Assembly (NCBI GenBank): GCA_965178125.1
Contig: CBCXTV010000008.1
Location: 1 to 51,854 of the forward strand
DNA length: 51,854 nucleotides
Reading direction: 5' to 3'
Origin: Bilabrum cf. latius
Taxonomy: Eukaryota
A program made the position numbers and the translations under genes. Positions 48,001-51,854 of this stretch are shown piece after piece (within the stretch, counting starts at the first letter, position 1; the number at the start of each line of letters is the position of its first letter). The notes under the pieces were generated by a model that was given only the letters and a program-made list of their open reading frames with translations, was not told the origin of the DNA and did not search any database.

Positions 48001-50100
48001 CGTGCCGCAAGCAGGCCGACGAGTTTCCACTACCGCGAGATGGCCGAGAAGATGGCGGAGCGCATGGCATCCAAGGTCGACGACGACGCATGCCATTCCT
48101 ACCGCCGCTTGATCAATGACTGCCGCCACCAGGACGAGCCGGCCGAGATCAGCCACATGACAGAGGCGAAGGAGAGCGGCGAGTGGAGCATCCCTTGTGG
48201 CTCGATGGGGCCAGTGGGGGTCATCGGGCCGCTTCCGCCACTTTCTTACGGCCGGGAGATTGACAAGGACAACAAGGGCTTGAGACTCCTCACCGGGATG
48301 TTTGGGTTCATGAACCCCGCCGACACCGTTGACGCGATAAATGCGAGGCCAGCCAACGGCGGTTTTGTTGCTTCCCTCGGCCAGATGTCGAAGAGCAAGT
48401 TGAAGGCGGTCGGACACCAATTTGAATCAAGCTCAATGGTCGAGCCGCTCGCCAAAGCCATGTTCCAGTTCTGGGTCGACGGCCGGCGGAAGAAGCGCCG
48501 ATTGGCCAACGCGTTCGCTGACTTCATCCCGGCGAAGCCCATGGATGAGCCAGACCTGGAGAAGTGGGCCGCAGAGTGCACGTGTGCGATCGGGCCAGTG
48601 CAGTCCACCTCTTCATCTTTCTTCTCAATGCTGTCCCGCTATCCGAACTACTACGAGCCCTGTCGCGGCGTTGGCGAGCTCCGGGAGAAGTTTGCCCAGC
48701 AGGAGCACGACCAGCGCGAGAAGGGCAATGTTGTGCTTCGGACGGCCGCCCAGTGCAGATCCTCTGATCAATGTTACCGACGCCATGAGGTGGGCACACG
48801 GGCCCCCAAGTGGCCCGCCATCCGGAGCGCGCACATCTCTCTGCGCGACGACGACGACGACAGTTCCGACAGCGATTGGGACAGTGAGTCCGTTCACCAC
48901 AAGCCATGGATCCCAACAGATCGGTCCGTCCACGTTCAAGAGGCCATCGAGACCTACATCACGAGCAACCTCCAGGCCATCGTGGACGCACCGGAGGTCT
49001 TCTTCCAGTGGCAACCCGCGTACGACCAAGTGCTCCCGTGGCATTTGACCTTGAAGAGGGACCTGCCGAAGAAGCATAGGAACTTCTGGGAGTACGAGTG
49101 TCCAAATGGGGAGCGGAAGCGAGCATACCAGCAGCAGATCGTGAGGATGGACGAGCACGGCCGCGAGGACTACCTCTACAGGCCGAACGAGCGGCAGGAT
49201 ATCAGTTTCCCCGTGTTGTGGGACAATCTGTCGTTCATCCAGGCCTACATCCGACGCCATCGATTCCTTGAGCGACGGCCGTCCCGCGCTCCCGATGGTA
49301 TGGCGGGAGGTTCGTCTCCGCCAGGTGGCTCAAGGAGCATCCGGACGTCGGGAAGTGGTACTTCTCATTGAAGGGCAACGGCAAGCTGACCGACGAGGAC
49401 GTTGCCGCATTCGGGGACATCCACGATGAAGAGGCGATGACGAAGATCAGCAAGATCGGGACCGAGTTGTTCAAGGACATCGCCGAGAAGGTTGGCGATT
49501 GTATTGCGATGATGACGGTCCCTGAGTTCATTGCCAGGATCTACCAGAGTGCCTACACGGGCATGTTCCCGCCGATCATGCACGCCATGCTCGGCCGCCA
49601 CGCGGACTACGTCATGGAGCGCGTGTTGACCGAGGTTGAGACAGTGCCGCTGTGGACGGCAATGACGACGACGACCAAGACGAGGAGATGAGCAGTGCGA
49701 GTCCTCCCGGCGAGACTGGGGCCCAGGAGAGCAAGGCCCCGACGAAGGATACGACGGCGCCGATGGAGGACGAGGATCCCGACTGGGGTCCCTAGAACGA
49801 CGATGTCAGGCTTAATGCAGGGTGGCAGTCTGAAAGTAGCTTGGTGAAGCCCCGAGTAGTGTGGATGCCGATCGGCTGAAGCCTACTCGGGGCAGCTCTC
49901 AATCAGCCATTTCAGCATTCGGATCAATGGGGCATTGAGGTCGGAAAGCCGGACGCTCGGCTCACGGCTCACGAGGTCAGCATGAAAGCTTGTGGGTCAA
50001 CGCCGTGGAGCTTCTCCCTTCGAATGACATCTGCGCGTTGCAGTGTGGGTGCCGTTCAATGCTCTGCGGTGTGGATGCCGATCGGCTGAAGCCCGCAGGT
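32068..50100 (+). repeat. 13 dispersed stem-loop repeats in copy 2
   Basis: Cores at about 32077, 34027, 36155, 37725, 39725, 41288, 41870, 42168, 44582, 46179, 46794, 49859 and 50069, orthologous to the 13 in copy 1. Confidence 0.95.
42089..49795 (+). pseudogene. Accessory ORF2 of copy 2 (frameshifted; ART-like and RNase III-like motifs)
   Basis: ORFs 42089-43843, 43870-45624, 45407-47203, 46900-49371 and 49368-49691 tile the region. Protein is highly similar to copy 1 ORF2 with many third-position changes. Confidence 0.8.
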
Positions 50101-50406
50101 GCTGCAGCCCGTGCCGACCAGTGACAGTACAGCCGACAAGAATGTCGGGAGCTTTAGGGGTTGACACAGCGGTTCTTGACACACCCCGGCCTTCCTTTGT
50201 TCATCCTTTGCGTGAACGCGTCGGGCCTGGCCCGACAGACACCGCAGTATAGTCTGTTTGCGAAGGCGGGCACGATATGAGCCCTATGCGCTGCGAGCGC
50301 GACCTCCGCAACCTTTTCGTTCAATGTTCGGGCCATACAGGGCTCGAGCATGTACGACCTGCAGTCTGACTGTCTTGGGCCGTACCGCTCGCCCAGGACA
50401 CACCAG

Positions 50407-50667
50407 ACTCGCAGTGCAACCGTTCAACGCCTTGTTCGCAGCTACGGCTCAGGCTAATGCTGCAGCAAGCCATTCGCGTTTCTCTGTTTGTATAGTCCTT
50501 TCACCGTGACACTTCCCGTGCTTGCGTATTCCCTGCGTTCAGAAACATCACTCCCTTGCGAGCAGCCATGGCATTCCGCTATGTGTGGTCATGCAGATCG
50601 TCTTGACGTACTACTTGGGCTCAAGAGCGCACGATCATGGAAACCAGGCGGGAGGTGTCTCTCGACC
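50407..50667 (+). repeat. 3' LTR of copy 2 (261 bp)
   Basis: Direct repeat of 30684-30942. Confidence 0.95.
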
Positions 50668-51130
50668 GCTGCCCCTTGGTGACTACCGCCTGCGCACGGT
50701 ACTCAACCAACTTCTCCGCCGTGAAGTCAACCCCGTGGACCCACAGATCGTCGAAGATCTTCTCAAGGTCCTTGGGCGCCGACATCGTCTTGACAAGCAA
50801 GAGACATTCCCAATTGTTCTCAAACGCGTTCCTCGTCGCGTTGGGCGATCCGCTCAAGAGCACCGCCCCGTCAATCAGGAATGACTTCCTGTGGAGGTTG
50901 GCGCCGTGGTTCCGCCTTGGAACCGTGAACGTCCTGATGCTGATCCCGGCATCGATGAGTAACTTGACCTTCATGAACTGCCGCTTGCAGGAGGGCAGCC
51001 TCATCTGGCCGTCATCGAACAACAGCCTCACCTCCACCCCGCGACCAGACGACTTCCTCAAGATATCCACGATCTCATCGTGGTCGAACGTGTAGATCGT
51101 CGCCTTGATCGGCTTCTTCGACTTCTCGAG
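50668..51130 (-). CDS. Single-HKD phospholipase D / Nuc / Zucchini-like nuclease domain, 3' end cut by the LTR
   Basis: ATIYTFD...GRGVEVRLLFD...NLHRKSFLIDGAVLLSGSPNAT...NNWE matches HxKx4Dx6GSxN. Confidence 0.88.
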
Positions 51131-51854
51131 CTCCCCCCAAGAAGGCGCCGGCAACGGCTTCGCCGGCGACCACACTGACGGAGTCCCGGTCGCTCTTGCT
51201 CTTGCTCCCAACTCGGGCTCGGGCGCTCGCCGAAGCGCTCCTCAAGGCACCGGCTAGGGCGGACGTGCTCGAGTACGACGGCCTTCCCCTCGTACTCCGC
51301 AAGGCAGCTCCCTCGCCCGACGTCCCAGACCGTCCCGACGACCGTGTGGTGAGGCGAAGCCCGTTGAAGCAGCTCCCTGCTAGCCCCCTGCTCGAAGAAG
51401 CCTCCTCCGACTGCGCTACGTTCATGAGCGCTCCGGCCGACCGCGGCCGAACCCCGGCCGATGAATCACCTCCGCCCTGTCCCGCACGATGCGCAGCGGA
51501 GAGAGGGAGGCGAAGATGCGCGCGCAGGACTTCATCCGCAGGCTCCGCGCGCACTCGGTCCGCAATCCGCCTCGCCACCTGGTCCTTATCCTGAGCGTAG
51601 GGCGACGGCCAGATGTGGGCGAACTTCTTCTTCACGTGGAACACCATGACCACGGTCTTCCAAGCGGTCCACAAGATGACGATGACCACTCCTGCATGGA
51701 GCGCTGAACCCGCGGTCCCCACTGAGCGACGAATCACTTCCTCGGACTCCTCGCCCGCGGCCTCGACCACGGAGATCGTCGTGTCCGCCACCTTCGTCGC
51801 GACCTGGTAAAACTTCCACCCAGTCACCGCGGCCACGAACCCCCCGAGCGTCAC
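51075..51854 (-). CDS. Partial ORF with hydrophobic helices and Ser/Ala-rich linker, probably the frameshifted upstream part of the PLD-domain protein
   Basis: Overlaps the PLD ORF in another frame; hydrophobic segment ALHAGVVIVILWTAWKTVVMVF. Confidence 0.4.
   Translation of the reverse strand: MTLGGFVAAVTGWKFYQVATKVADTTISVVEAAGEESEEVIRRSVGTAGSALHAGVVIVILWTAWKTVVMVFHVKKKFAHIWPSPYAQDKDQVARRIADRVRAEPADEVLRAHLRLPLSAAHRAGQGGGDSSAGVRPRSAGALMNVAQSEEASSSRGLAGSCFNGLRLTTRSSGRSGTSGEGAALRSTRGRPSYSSTSALAGALRSASASARARVGSKSKSDRDSVSVVAGEAVAGAFLGGAREVEEADQGDDLHVRPR

Larger units (their letters stand above)
30684..50667 (+). mobile_element. ~20.0 kb Ty1/copia LTR retrotransposon, copy 2 (sister subfamily of copy 1)
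   Basis: LTR pair, PBS, gag-PR-INT-RT-RH and ORF2, colinear with copy 1. Confidence 0.95.

Noticed and set aside
31065-49795. Programmed ribosomal frameshifts
   Set aside because: Shifts mostly fall at different positions in the two copies and look like 1-nt indels from sequencing error or decay.
42089-49795. ORF2 as an env gene
   Set aside because: No evident signal peptide, fusion peptide or C-terminal transmembrane anchor.
49850-49895. Hairpin as hammerhead ribozyme or true SECIS
   Set aside because: No CUGANGA plus GAAA three-way junction; quartet order is reversed relative to SECIS and there is no apical AA loop.

Overview
GC-rich, intron-free nest of retroelements, probably from a dinoflagellate (inferred from spliced-leader-like sequence in the LTRs and the style of the copia proteins). 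Two diverged, nearly complete copies of a ~20 kb Ty1/copia LTR retrotransposon lie in divergent orientation: copy 1 at 4343-24289 (-) and copy 2 at 30684-50667 (+). Each has ~260-276 bp LTRs with non-canonical AC...CC ends, an iMet-type PBS, and a frameshifted gag-PR-INT-RT-RH region with extra zinc-finger modules. Each also has a ~7.7 kb accessory ORF after RNase H with an ADP-ribosyltransferase-like motif and a degenerate RNase III-like motif. Copy 1 abuts the gag-protease region of a second copia family (1-4342). Between the copies are a 200-N gap, a Cys-rich ORF and a decayed CRE-like RT/RLE non-LTR element. Copy 2 truncates a PLD (HKD) nuclease ORF at the right end. The most striking signal is a dispersed array of 13 RNA-like stem-loops per copia copy. 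Each has a nearly invariant ~23-nt head (TGYGGATGCCGATCGGCTGAAGC) on a sequence-variable, covarying 5-10 bp stem, and is read in different frames or lies in the UTR. The neighbouring CRE-like region carries 9 hairpins of the same design with a different head. All domain calls are by-eye motif recognition; no searches were run.
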